Assembly: GCA_044868695.1 (NCBI GenBank) | Contig: JBIOWP010000016.1 | Span: forward strand, 1-21,670 | DNA from: a bacterium | GTDB lineage: Bacteria; Sysuimicrobiota; Sysuimicrobiia; Sysuimicrobiales; Kaftiobacteriaceae | Length of the DNA: 21,670 bases | Direction of reading: 5' to 3' | Shown here: positions 1 to 7,662 of the stretch, piece after piece | Layout: each line of letters opens with the position of its first letter | Numbering within the stretch: position 1 is the first letter of the stretch | The notes under the pieces: generated by a model | Databases searched by the model: none | Told to the model about the DNA's origin: nothing | Seen by the model: only the letters and a program-made list of their open reading frames with translations | Translations under genes and position numbers: made by a program

Positions 1-49
1 GCACGAACTCATCGTAGTTATAGCGAGCCAGGAGGTCGGGATCGTTCAT
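1..49 (-). CDS. 5' end of a gene running off the left edge (MNDPDLLARYNYDEFV...), probably the third gene of the tlpA-ccdA unit; possibly a deiodinase-like/peroxiredoxin-like redoxin
   Basis: ATG at 49-47 with an AAGGGGG Shine-Dalgarno-like sequence just upstream; frame is open to the window edge. The product guess rests only on my recollection of 'YNYDxF' N-termini. Confidence 0.5.
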   Translation of the reverse strand, partial: MNDPDLLARYNYDEFV

Positions 50-107
50 CGCAGCCCCCTTCATGGCATGTCTGATGTCCTGAGGAGCTTGGCGGCGTCA
101 GTCCACT

Positions 108-977
108 CTATAGGATCGCACCGGACAACCAGACCCAGTAATACACGAGGTAGAAACCGGCGCCGATGAGAAATAGCGCGCTGAGACCATGCACGTGAGG
201 GACGATCGCGCGCACCATTCCGATTAGCGCATCCTGGAAGAGGGCCGTGCCAATGGTGACCGCCATGAGAATCGTCCCCATGCCCAGCCCGAAACTGATG
301 AACTGAGCGAAAGGCGCCAGCAGCCCCTGGGAGGCCAGCGACGTTCCAAGCACGAGCAAGAACACCGGCAGCGTGCAGCTCAGCGATCCCGCAGCGTACG
401 CGATGCCAAACAGAAACACGTTGCGTGTACTGCGCTGCGGTGCGACATGGACCCGACTGGCGGCCAACAGCCCGATGGTCCGGCCGCTGCGCAGCATCCA
501 CGCACCCAGCACAATGAGCGCGGCGCCGGTGGCCACGCCGACATACGGGAAGGTCCGGATGAGCCACTGCCCCCCCACCGCAATCACACCGCCAACCGCG
601 GCCAGGACGAGCAGAAAGCCCGATGTCGCCACCACGCCAAGGCCGAGCCCTTGCGCCCCGCGGCGGAGTCGCGACGCCCCCTCGATGGGGCCGCGCGCCC
701 CGAGCTGATACGAAAGATACGCCGGCAGCATGAAGAACCCGCACGGGTTCACGCTAGCCACCATTCCGGCTGCGAAGGCCCACCCCAGCGGGATCAGCGT
801 AGCGAGATCGGCCACCGTGCTCTCCGCGCGGTTTCGGACGGCAATCAGGAGGATCAGCAACCCTGCGACAATCAGGATCGGCAGCACGCCAAGTGCTACG
901 GCGAACGCGACAGACCGTGTCGTGCGGCGTGGGGGGAGCTGGAACGTCTGAGATTCGTCGGCCATCGGCACGCTCAC
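108..977 (-). CDS. ccdA: CcdA / cytochrome c biogenesis (DsbD-beta) family membrane thiol-disulfide transporter
   Basis: Multi-TM protein with AGMVASVNPCGFFMLPAYL and YAAGSLSCTLP Cys motifs and FGLGMG. Start is either GTG 977 or ATG 965. Confidence 0.88.
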   Translation of the reverse strand: MSVPMADESQTFQLPPRRTTRSVAFAVALGVLPILIVAGLLILLIAVRNRAESTVADLATLIPLGWAFAAGMVASVNPCGFFMLPAYLSYQLGARGPIEGASRLRRGAQGLGLGVVATSGFLLVLAAVGGVIAVGGQWLIRTFPYVGVATGAALIVLGAWMLRSGRTIGLLAASRVHVAPQRSTRNVFLFGIAYAAGSLSCTLPVFLLVLGTSLASQGLLAPFAQFISFGLGMGTILMAVTIGTALFQDALIGMVRAIVPHVHGLSALFLIGAGFYLVYYWVWLSGAIL

Positions 978-987
978 ACTAGCAGGG

Positions 988-1572
988 TCATCGCGAGGAC
1001 ACCCGGACCAGTTCGGTGGAGAGCGCCATAATCTGATCGAAGGTCAGCAGCCCGGCGTGCTTACGCCAGATCCGACCGCTGGCGGTGATGAACACAGTGG
1101 TCGGCATCCCCAGGATTTCGTAATTTCGTATGGTTCTGATGTCGAAGGTCGTACCGGTGGGATAGGTGATCTTGAGCTGACGCAGCAACGCGCGCGCGTC
1201 GTCGCGGGATCCCAGGCCGATGAACGGACCGATATCGACGCCGATCAGGGCAAACTTCCGATCGGGCTGCTCGTAGAGCCGTTGAAAGTCCGGCATCTCC
1301 GCGCGGCAGGGCGGGCACAGTCCTGCCCAAAAGTTCAGGACCACCGGTTGGTGCTTCTTCTCCCAGAGGTCGGACAACGCGATCTTCTCGCCCCCGACTT
1401 CTTCCTGGCCCTGGTACATGGTGACCTCGATATCCGGTGCGGGCCGCAGCGACGGGGCTGAAGCGGCCTCCGGCGGACGTTGGACCAAAGGGAGGCGGAA
1501 AAGGACGAAGCCTGCGATTGCTGCGAGTGCGACAACCACGGACACGCCGATGACCGACGCTTTTGCGCGCAT
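988..1572 (-). CDS. TlpA/ResA-family membrane-anchored thiol-disulfide oxidoreductase
   Basis: N-terminal TM anchor, APDIEV, VVLNFWAGLCPPCRAEMP and GMPTTVFI. Start set at ATG 1572 (GAGGGG RBS) instead of GTG 1623. Confidence 0.88.
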   Translation of the reverse strand: MRAKASVIGVSVVVALAAIAGFVLFRLPLVQRPPEAASAPSLRPAPDIEVTMYQGQEEVGGEKIALSDLWEKKHQPVVLNFWAGLCPPCRAEMPDFQRLYEQPDRKFALIGVDIGPFIGLGSRDDARALLRQLKITYPTGTTFDIRTIRNYEILGMPTTVFITASGRIWRKHAGLLTFDQIMALSTELVRVSSR

Positions 1573-1682
1573 GGTTTCCCCTCTCGCACCTCTCAGAATG
1601 AGTATACGGTTCAACTCCACCACGGGCGGGAAATATTTCGCAGTAGTCTAGCGTACAACGGTCTGACAGGGGGTGAGGGACG

Positions 1683-1916
1683 GTGCCGAAGTCTGTCGTC
1701 GTCTACTCGCAGCCGGGCTGAGTGTTCTGCGGCAAGGTGAAGGAGTTCCTTCACCAGAAGGGCGTGTCGTACACGGAGAAGGATGTTAGTATCGACGAGC
1801 AGGCGATGAACGATTTGATGGAACGTGGCTTCTATGCCACGCCGGTCACCATTATTGACGGTGAAGCGGTCGTGGGGTTCAACCGCGCCCGGCTGGAACA
1901 GCTGCTGGGATCGTGA
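1683..1916 (+). CDS. Glutaredoxin/NrdH-like redoxin, predicted selenoprotein (U13-V-F-C16), 77 aa
   Basis: GAGGGA RBS, then GTG 1683 gives MPKSVVVYSQPG-TGA-VFCGKVKEFL...ATPVTIIDGEAVVGFN. The in-frame TGA 1719-1721 sits at the CxxC N-terminal Cys position and a SECIS-like hairpin follows. Confidence 0.9.
1736..1755 (+). promoter_or_regulatory. Putative bacterial SECIS element of the glutaredoxin gene
   Basis: GGTGAAGG-AGTT-CCTTCACC: perfect 8-bp stem starting 14 nt after the TGA, with G second in the loop. Confidence 0.8.
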
Positions 1917-2338
1917 TCGAGGAGTATGCCGTGGAGCTGACCTTGGACGGGTTGAAGCAAATTCTCGACTCGGCGAGGACGATCGCCGTCGTCGGGCTCT
2001 CCGACAAACCCGACCGTCCGAGCTACGACGTGGCCAGCTATCTCCAGCGGGTCGGATACCGTATCATCCCCGTCAACCCCACCATCACCAAGGTGTTGGG
2101 AGAGAAGGCATACAAGAGCCTGCGCGACATTCCGGACCGCGTCGATGTGGTGCAGATCTTCCGCCGCCCGCAGTACGTGCCGTCCATTGTAGAGGACGCG
2201 ATCGCGATTCGTGCTAAGGTCGTCTGGATGCAGCCCGGCACCGAGCATGAGGAGGCCGCGGCCAGAGCGGAAGTGGCCGGTCTTCGCGCCGTTGTCGGCG
2301 CGTGCATGATGACGGTCCACCGCATGACGCGGCACTAG
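1913..2338 (+). CDS. CoA-binding protein (YccU family)
   Basis: TIAVVGLSDKPDRPSYDVASYLQRVGYRIIPVNP, DVVQIFR, VWMQPG and CM motifs; GTGA overlap with the upstream stop. Confidence 0.92.
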   Translation: MIEEYAVELTLDGLKQILDSARTIAVVGLSDKPDRPSYDVASYLQRVGYRIIPVNPTITKVLGEKAYKSLRDIPDRVDVVQIFRRPQYVPSIVEDAIAIRAKVVWMQPGTEHEEAAARAEVAGLRAVVGACMMTVHRMTRH

Positions 2339-2347
2339 CATGGAGCA

Positions 2348-2797
2348 ATGCGCATAGGCGAGCTGGCGCGCCGCACCGGCGTTCCAGCGAAGACGATACG
2401 ATATTACGAGGCCATTGAGATTCTCTCGAAAGTGCCGCGCACGCCATCGGGATACCGGGACTATGACGCGCGCGCGGCTGACCGCCTCGAGTTCATTCGA
2501 AAGGCCAAGGATCTTGGCTTAACCCTGGCCGACATCCGCGAGATCTTCGATGTGCGCGACCATGGGGCTTCGCCGTGTCCTTACGTGGTGCACCTCCTTG
2601 ATCGCAAAATTGTAGAGCTGACCCACCGGATCAGAGGCATGCGGGCACTGCGAGATGAATTGACGAAGGCTCGAAAACGAGCGTCCACACTGTCCGCGGA
2701 AGAAATCGCTGCCCGTGCCCGCTTCTGCCACATCATCGAGAACCGCGCGCTGAGCGCACAACGCCCCCGACCGGTCATTACCCTCAGGCCTGTCTGA
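2348..2797 (+). CDS. MerR-family heavy-metal-responsive transcriptional regulator
   Basis: MRIGELARRTGVPAKTIRYYE HTH, SGYRDY, FIRKAKDLGLTLADI; Cys in SPCPYV and RFCHII. Confidence 0.93.
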   Translation: MRIGELARRTGVPAKTIRYYEAIEILSKVPRTPSGYRDYDARAADRLEFIRKAKDLGLTLADIREIFDVRDHGASPCPYVVHLLDRKIVELTHRIRGMRALRDELTKARKRASTLSAEEIAARARFCHIIENRALSAQRPRPVITLRPV

Positions 2798-2813
2798 CCT
2801 GTTGCGAGACCCC

Positions 2814-2845
2814 TTGACCTTCCAGCCCGCTGGAAGGTGTATGGT
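2814..2845 (+). promoter_or_regulatory. MerR-type sigma70 promoter/operator of the P1B-ATPase
   Basis: -35 TTGACC (2814-2819), 20-bp spacer, -10 TATGGT (2840-2845). Perfect dyad ACCTTCCAGC-CC-GCTGGAAGGT (2817-2838). Confidence 0.88.
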
Positions 2846-2878
2846 CCATATGGATGGACTGCTCGCAGGAGGTTTATT

Positions 2879-5290
2879 ATGGCGAAGATGCAGGTCAAAA
2901 TAGGCGGGATGTCCTGCTCATTCTGCGCGGAGACGCTGCGCAAGGCCGTAGGCCGGCTGGACGGCGTAGAGAAGGTCACCGTTAGCTTGGCGCACGAGGA
3001 GGCGCTGGTGCAGTTCGACCCTGATCGAGCTGCGGAGTCGCAAATTAAAGACGCCATCCGCAGCGTCGGCTACACCGTTCGGGACCCCAAGAAGGTGCGC
3101 ACGTTTGAGGACGAGGAGGCGGAACTGCGGCGCGAGCGCGGTCGGCTCCTCATTGCAGCTTCCTTCACCGTGATTTCCCTCGATTTGATGGTGCTGATGT
3201 GGCTGGGCCGGCCGCTTGCGGCGATGCGCTGGCTGATGCCGCTCCTGGCGATCGCCGCGATGTTCGGGCCCGGGTTGGACATCCTGCGGATGGCGGTTCC
3301 GTCGCTGCGCCGCGGCATCTTGAATCAGCACGTGCTCCTGGAGTTCGGCGCGTTTGCCGGGCTGATCGGCGGCACGCTAGGATTCTTCCGGCCGAGCTTC
3401 CCGATGGCAGATTTCTTCGCGGTTGCCGTCTTTATCACGACGTACCACATCCTCTCAGGGTACGCATCCCTCTTTGTACGCACGCGGGCATCCCAGGCGG
3501 TGCGCAAACTGATGGAACTGCAGCCGCCGACGGCTCGGGTGATCCGCGAGGGCAAGGAAGAGGAGGTCCCAATCGAAGCGGTCAGGCCCGGCGATGCGGT
3601 TCGCACTCGGCCGGGTGAATCGGTCCCTGTGGACGGCGTCGTTGTGGACGGTGCGTCCGCGGTTGATGAGAGTCTGGTCACCGGCGAGCCGATTCCAAAG
3701 GAGAAGGTAGCCGGCGACGAGGTCATCGGCGGCTCGATCAACCAGTCGGGCACGCTTGTCGTGCGGGTGACCAAGGTCGGCGAGGAGAGTTTCCTTCAGC
3801 AGGTGGCCCGGCATATCGAGGAAGCCAGGGCGCTGAAGCCCGGCATCATCCAGCTCGTCGATCGGATTCTGCAATGGTACGTACCAGGTGTACTGACCTT
3901 CGCCGGCGTCGCGGTCCTCATCTGGGTGGCCGCCGCGTGGCTGATCACGGGCCAGCCGAACTGGACGCGGGCAACGTTCGGGGCGCTGGCAGTGCTGGTG
4001 ATGGGGTATCCCTGCGCCCTGGGCATGGCCACGCCGCTGGCGATGATCCGGGGTGGAGGCGAGGCGGCAAGGAAAGGCATCCTGATGCGCAGCGGCGAGG
4101 CATTCCAGGTGTTCAAGGATGTCAAGAAGATCGTCCTGGACAAGACCGGGACCATCACGGTCGGGAAACCGCGCGTGGTTGGCCTCTTCACAATGGGCGG
4201 CGATCAGCGAGCCGTGCTGCGATTCGCAGCCAGCGCGGAAGCGCCGTCGGAACATCCACTGGCCAGGGCGATTGTCGATCGCGCCGACCGTGATGGGATC
4301 GAACTCATGGCTGCGGCGGACTTTGAAGCCGTGGCAGGTCGCGGCATCCGCGCGCAAGTCAGCGGCTCCACGGTGATGGTCGGGAGTTCCCATTTTCTGC
4401 GTGAGGAGGGTGTGGACTTCACATCCGCAGCGACGCAGATCCAGACCTGGGAACAGGAGGGCAGGACCGTGATCGGCGTCGCGCGTGACGGCCGGCTCCA
4501 GGGGCTGGTGGCGATTGCGGATGAGATCAAAGAGGACGCGAAAGAAGCGATCGACCGCCTCACACGCCTCGGCATGGAGCCGGTAATGATCACGGGTGAC
4601 AACGAGCGGACGGCCCGGGCCGTCGCTGGGGAGGTCGGCATCAGCGAGGTGTATGCACAGGTGCTGCCGCCGGAAAAGGCCGCGAAGGTACGCGCGCTGC
4701 AGGAGCAGGGTTTCCGCGTCGCCATGGTGGGGGATGGGATCAACGACGCGCCGGCACTGATGCAGGCGGACGTGGGGATCGCCATCGGAGCGGGAACCGA
4801 CGTCGCCATTGAATCCAGCGACATCATCATCGTGGGCGACCGGTTGGGCGCGGTCGTCGACGCCTACAACATCGGCCGCACCAGTTTTCGCAAGACCGTG
4901 CAAAATCTTACCCTGGCGTTCTCTTTCAATGGCATTGGGGTGCCTGCAGCGGTGACAGGTTTGGTGCACCCCGTATGGGCGATGGCGGCGATGGTGGCGA
5001 GCGTGAGCACGGTGCTTCTGAATTCCTTCGGTGGGCGCCTGCTGCCTAAGCCGCGGGTCGCCGCGCCTGAAAAGAAGCTTGAGAAGATTACCCTCAAAGT
5101 CCCTTCGATGCACTGCCAGCGGTGCGCGGGCAACCTCAAAGAAGCGATCGGCAAGGTCCCGGGGGTCGTATCCGTCGGGGCCGATCCTCGGGAGAAGCTC
5201 GTAACCGTCGCCGTGCGAGATGGCGGGATAGGACGTGAGGACATCTGCGCCGCGATCACCGCCATTGGGCACGTGTGCGGCGAAGAGTGA
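2879..5290 (+). CDS. Heavy-metal-translocating P1B-type ATPase (CopA-like) with N- and C-terminal HMA domains
   Basis: AGGAGG RBS before ATG 2879. GMSCSFC HMA, TGE(P), DKTGT, SEHPLA, GDGINDAPAL and C-terminal SMHCQRC HMA. The TM6 motif is YPC. Confidence 0.95.
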   Translation: MAKMQVKIGGMSCSFCAETLRKAVGRLDGVEKVTVSLAHEEALVQFDPDRAAESQIKDAIRSVGYTVRDPKKVRTFEDEEAELRRERGRLLIAASFTVISLDLMVLMWLGRPLAAMRWLMPLLAIAAMFGPGLDILRMAVPSLRRGILNQHVLLEFGAFAGLIGGTLGFFRPSFPMADFFAVAVFITTYHILSGYASLFVRTRASQAVRKLMELQPPTARVIREGKEEEVPIEAVRPGDAVRTRPGESVPVDGVVVDGASAVDESLVTGEPIPKEKVAGDEVIGGSINQSGTLVVRVTKVGEESFLQQVARHIEEARALKPGIIQLVDRILQWYVPGVLTFAGVAVLIWVAAAWLITGQPNWTRATFGALAVLVMGYPCALGMATPLAMIRGGGEAARKGILMRSGEAFQVFKDVKKIVLDKTGTITVGKPRVVGLFTMGGDQRAVLRFAASAEAPSEHPLARAIVDRADRDGIELMAAADFEAVAGRGIRAQVSGSTVMVGSSHFLREEGVDFTSAATQIQTWEQEGRTVIGVARDGRLQGLVAIADEIKEDAKEAIDRLTRLGMEPVMITGDNERTARAVAGEVGISEVYAQVLPPEKAAKVRALQEQGFRVAMVGDGINDAPALMQADVGIAIGAGTDVAIESSDIIIVGDRLGAVVDAYNIGRTSFRKTVQNLTLAFSFNGIGVPAAVTGLVHPVWAMAAMVASVSTVLLNSFGGRLLPKPRVAAPEKKLEKITLKVPSMHCQRCAGNLKEAIGKVPGVVSVGADPREKLVTVAVRDGGIGREDICAAITAIGHVCGEE

Positions 5291-5327
5291 GCAGGGAGTG
5301 GCACATAAGTGGAAGGAGGATGCGCTG

Positions 5328-5864
5328 ATGCGGTACGGAGCCATGGGCGCAGTGCTAACAGCGGCACTATTCACCGCTTACGCGATCTTTTTCGCTGTGA
5401 CCACCACGCCGGCCGGCCAGATGGGCGGCATGGGTCAGAGCCTGACGCCGCCCGTGAAGGGGTCATACAACGGTCGGGAGGTTCAGTTCATCCACACCGA
5501 GGCATCGGATCCCCAGGTCGCGGAGATGCTGACGCGCATGATGGGTCCGAAGGTCCTCGTGGTCCCCAGCCTGGCCCGCGTACCGGCTGATCTTCTGGGC
5601 GACGTCTACGTGTTCACCAACGGTGTGAAGGGCGAAGGACCATTCGGCTTCCAGGTGGATGTTTTCGACTCAGTGCCCGGCGATCCACGATACACACCGC
5701 TACGGTCGGTCACTCTTGTCACTTGGAAGGAGGGAATGCCGACTCGAATGTTGCGGTCGGTGGCCGAAATCCGGGGAGCTGTCGACAAGGACGAGGTGAC
5801 TATCCGGCGCCCCGGCATTGTGGTCAATATGCCGATTATCGTGTGGCCCGGGGGGAGCCGATAA
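5328..5864 (+). CDS. Exported/membrane-anchored Met-rich hypothetical protein, possibly metal-binding
   Basis: AAGGAGG RBS and ATG 5328; hydrophobic N-terminus, then QMGGMG, MLTRMMGP, GPFGFQVDVFDSVPGDPRYTPLR and VVNMP. Lies directly downstream of the ATPase. Confidence 0.75.
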   Translation: MRYGAMGAVLTAALFTAYAIFFAVTTTPAGQMGGMGQSLTPPVKGSYNGREVQFIHTEASDPQVAEMLTRMMGPKVLVVPSLARVPADLLGDVYVFTNGVKGEGPFGFQVDVFDSVPGDPRYTPLRSVTLVTWKEGMPTRMLRSVAEIRGAVDKDEVTIRRPGIVVNMPIIVWPGGSR

Positions 5865-5888
5865 GACCGGATACATCCTGGATGACAT

Positions 5889-6548
5889 TTAGCGGGTTCG
5901 ACGAGACCTACTCCGGCGCCGCGCGTCGAGGCCGTGGAGCAACGTGTCCAGACCGAAGGCGAACTGCGCATCTGTGTCGCACTCGGCGAACGCTTCGGAG
6001 ACCTCTGGGAACCGGCCCGCTGCTTCTGGTGTGATACAGCGTCGGACGGCCGCCTCTGACTGACCGAGCCTGCAGTTGCGTTCGACCATCGCATAGCCCA
6101 GTGCGTACGCCACGATTGTTCCCAGGGCTTGTGCGGCCAGCGCGCCGCCAAACCCGGCGGCGTGGAATGTGCGGAGCAGCGTGTCGAACACGCGCAGGGC
6201 TGGCTCTGAAAGGGTTGGCCGCCAGAGCAGGAGCGAGAACGAGTGCGGGTGCGCCCGGACAACCCCGCGCAGCGAGTGAGCTGTTTCTCGGACGGCTCCC
6301 TTCCAGTCCGAGGCATGCTCGTCGGGGATGCGGATCTCGGACCAGAGCTGCGCGCTGACGCTGTCGAGGAGCGCCTCCTTAGCATCCACATAGCGGTAGA
6401 GGGACATCGCCTCGACTCCCAGCTCGGTCCCCAGCCGGCGCATGCTGAGCGCATCCAGTCCTTCCCGGTCGATGAGTTTGAGCGCCTCTCCCATGACTCT
6501 GGCCCGTGACAACGTTCCCCGTTGCCCCGTCCGCCCCGCTGTCGCCAT
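5889..6548 (-). CDS. TetR-family transcriptional regulator (TetR_N + TetR_C-like)
   Basis: LSRARVMGEALKLIDREGLDALSMRRLGTELGVEAMSLYRYV HTH and C-terminal FAFGLDTLLHGL. Start set at ATG 6548 with GGGAGG RBS. Confidence 0.92.
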   Translation of the reverse strand: MATAGRTGQRGTLSRARVMGEALKLIDREGLDALSMRRLGTELGVEAMSLYRYVDAKEALLDSVSAQLWSEIRIPDEHASDWKGAVRETAHSLRGVVRAHPHSFSLLLWRPTLSEPALRVFDTLLRTFHAAGFGGALAAQALGTIVAYALGYAMVERNCRLGQSEAAVRRCITPEAAGRFPEVSEAFAECDTDAQFAFGLDTLLHGLDARRRSRSRRTR

Positions 6549-6628
6549 CTCTCGCCTCCCGCCGTGCTTCCCCCTGGTCCGGGTCACCTTTTCCGCTCCT
6601 CTCCGTCCAAGATCCGTGAAAACACCTA

Positions 6629-6683
6629 TTGACAGTTTACACCGTAAGGCTTAATCTCACAATCACAAACTTACATCGTAAGT
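6629..6683 (+). promoter_or_regulatory. sigma70 promoter of the permease gene with two putative TetR operators
   Basis: TTGACA (6629-6634), 17 bp, TAATCT (6652-6657). Dyads TTAC-ACC-GTAA (6637-6647) and ACTTAC-ATC-GTAAGT (6669-6683). Confidence 0.82.
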
Positions 6684-6705
6684 CTGCTATTGGGAGGCTG
6701 GAAGC

Positions 6706-7644
6706 ATGGACAATCTCCTCGAGGCCGTCCGCTGGTTTGTGATCATGACTCCTCTATTGAGCGCTCTGTTCCTGGCGCTGATTTTCGTGGTCACGTTGAT
6801 CCAGGGCCGTGTGCCACAGCGGAGCGTGCGTGAGATGTTCCAGCGCAGGCGCGCGGGGCTAGGCTACCTTGGTGGCGCAGTACTCGGCACCGTTACGCCG
6901 TTCTGCTCCATGACGACCATCCCAGTGCTGGCCGGGCTCCTGCGCAGCGGCGTGCCTTTCGGTCCAACCATGGCGTTTCTAGTCTCCTCCCCGCTGTTGG
7001 ACCCCATTGTCCTGGGTGTGCTGCTCTTCCTAATCGGGCCCAAGCCCACCGCGATCTATGCCGGGATCACCTTCCTCTTCTCTATGGGCATCGCCCGATT
7101 TCTGGCAGGTCTCGGTCTCGGGTCGGACGTCAAAGAGGCCAAGGAAGTGGCAGGAGGATCTGCGCCTGAGCACGCTGCGCCACTGGGGAGCGTATCGGCT
7201 GGACAGCCGGTATCTGCGGGGCCGCGGGTCCGGACTGCCGTCGGACGAGCATGGCGGACGTCATGGAGGGCCTTCGTGCGCCTTGCACCCCATTTGGTGG
7301 TGGGTACGGCGATCGGAGCGGCCGTCCGCGGATTTCTGCCGGTGTCATGGATCCTTTCGGTTGCCGGGCCTGGCCGGCCGTACGCCATACCGCTGATGGC
7401 GGCCCTCGGGCTGCCCGTCTACATCAACTCCGAGATCCTCCTGCCGATCACGGCGGCGCTGCTGCACAAGGGCCTGGGTGTCGGGCCCGTCGTCGCACTG
7501 GTTATCACCGGTCTGGGGATGAGCGCGTCAGAAGTGGCCCTGCTGACGGCTTTCTTCCGGCCAAGATTGATCGCTGCCCTTGCGATTAGCTTCTTCCTGG
7601 TTGCTGTTGTCGGAGGTCTGCTTGCTGCTGCGCTCGCGGGATGA
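6706..7644 (+). CDS. ArsP/DUF318-family permease
   Basis: GGGAGG RBS. Two hydrophobic halves with LGTVTPFCSMTTIPVLAGLLRSGVPFGPTMAFLVSSPLLDP and LGLPVYIN..LPI motifs. Confidence 0.85.
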   Translation: MDNLLEAVRWFVIMTPLLSALFLALIFVVTLIQGRVPQRSVREMFQRRRAGLGYLGGAVLGTVTPFCSMTTIPVLAGLLRSGVPFGPTMAFLVSSPLLDPIVLGVLLFLIGPKPTAIYAGITFLFSMGIARFLAGLGLGSDVKEAKEVAGGSAPEHAAPLGSVSAGQPVSAGPRVRTAVGRAWRTSWRAFVRLAPHLVVGTAIGAAVRGFLPVSWILSVAGPGRPYAIPLMAALGLPVYINSEILLPITAALLHKGLGVGPVVALVITGLGMSASEVALLTAFFRPRLIAALAISFFLVAVVGGLLAAALAG

Positions 7645-7662
7645 AACCTTCTGCCGCCCGGT

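Noticed and set aside
979..990. TlpA stop followed by CCC TGC TAG (would give a C-terminal U-P-C)
   Set aside because: The domain is already complete with its own CPPC and I see no comparable hairpin; likely coincidence.
1630..1639. Palindrome GAAATATTTC in the tlpA/glutaredoxin divergent region
   Set aside because: Short, single copy and not assignable to a regulator.
2837..2878. Longer ORF-track starts (ATPase 2837; also tlpA 1623, tetR 6587, merA 9150, merB 10338, arsR 10521, binding protein 13542)
   Set aside because: They overlap promoters or neighbouring genes, and the downstream ATGs have better RBSs or match the domain or signal-peptide start.
3455..5374. Long antisense ORFs (639 aa here; also 12127-13827, 16656-18449, 18479-19570)
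   Set aside because: Shadow frames of GC-rich genes with no recognisable motifs, fully overlapping well-supported CDSs.
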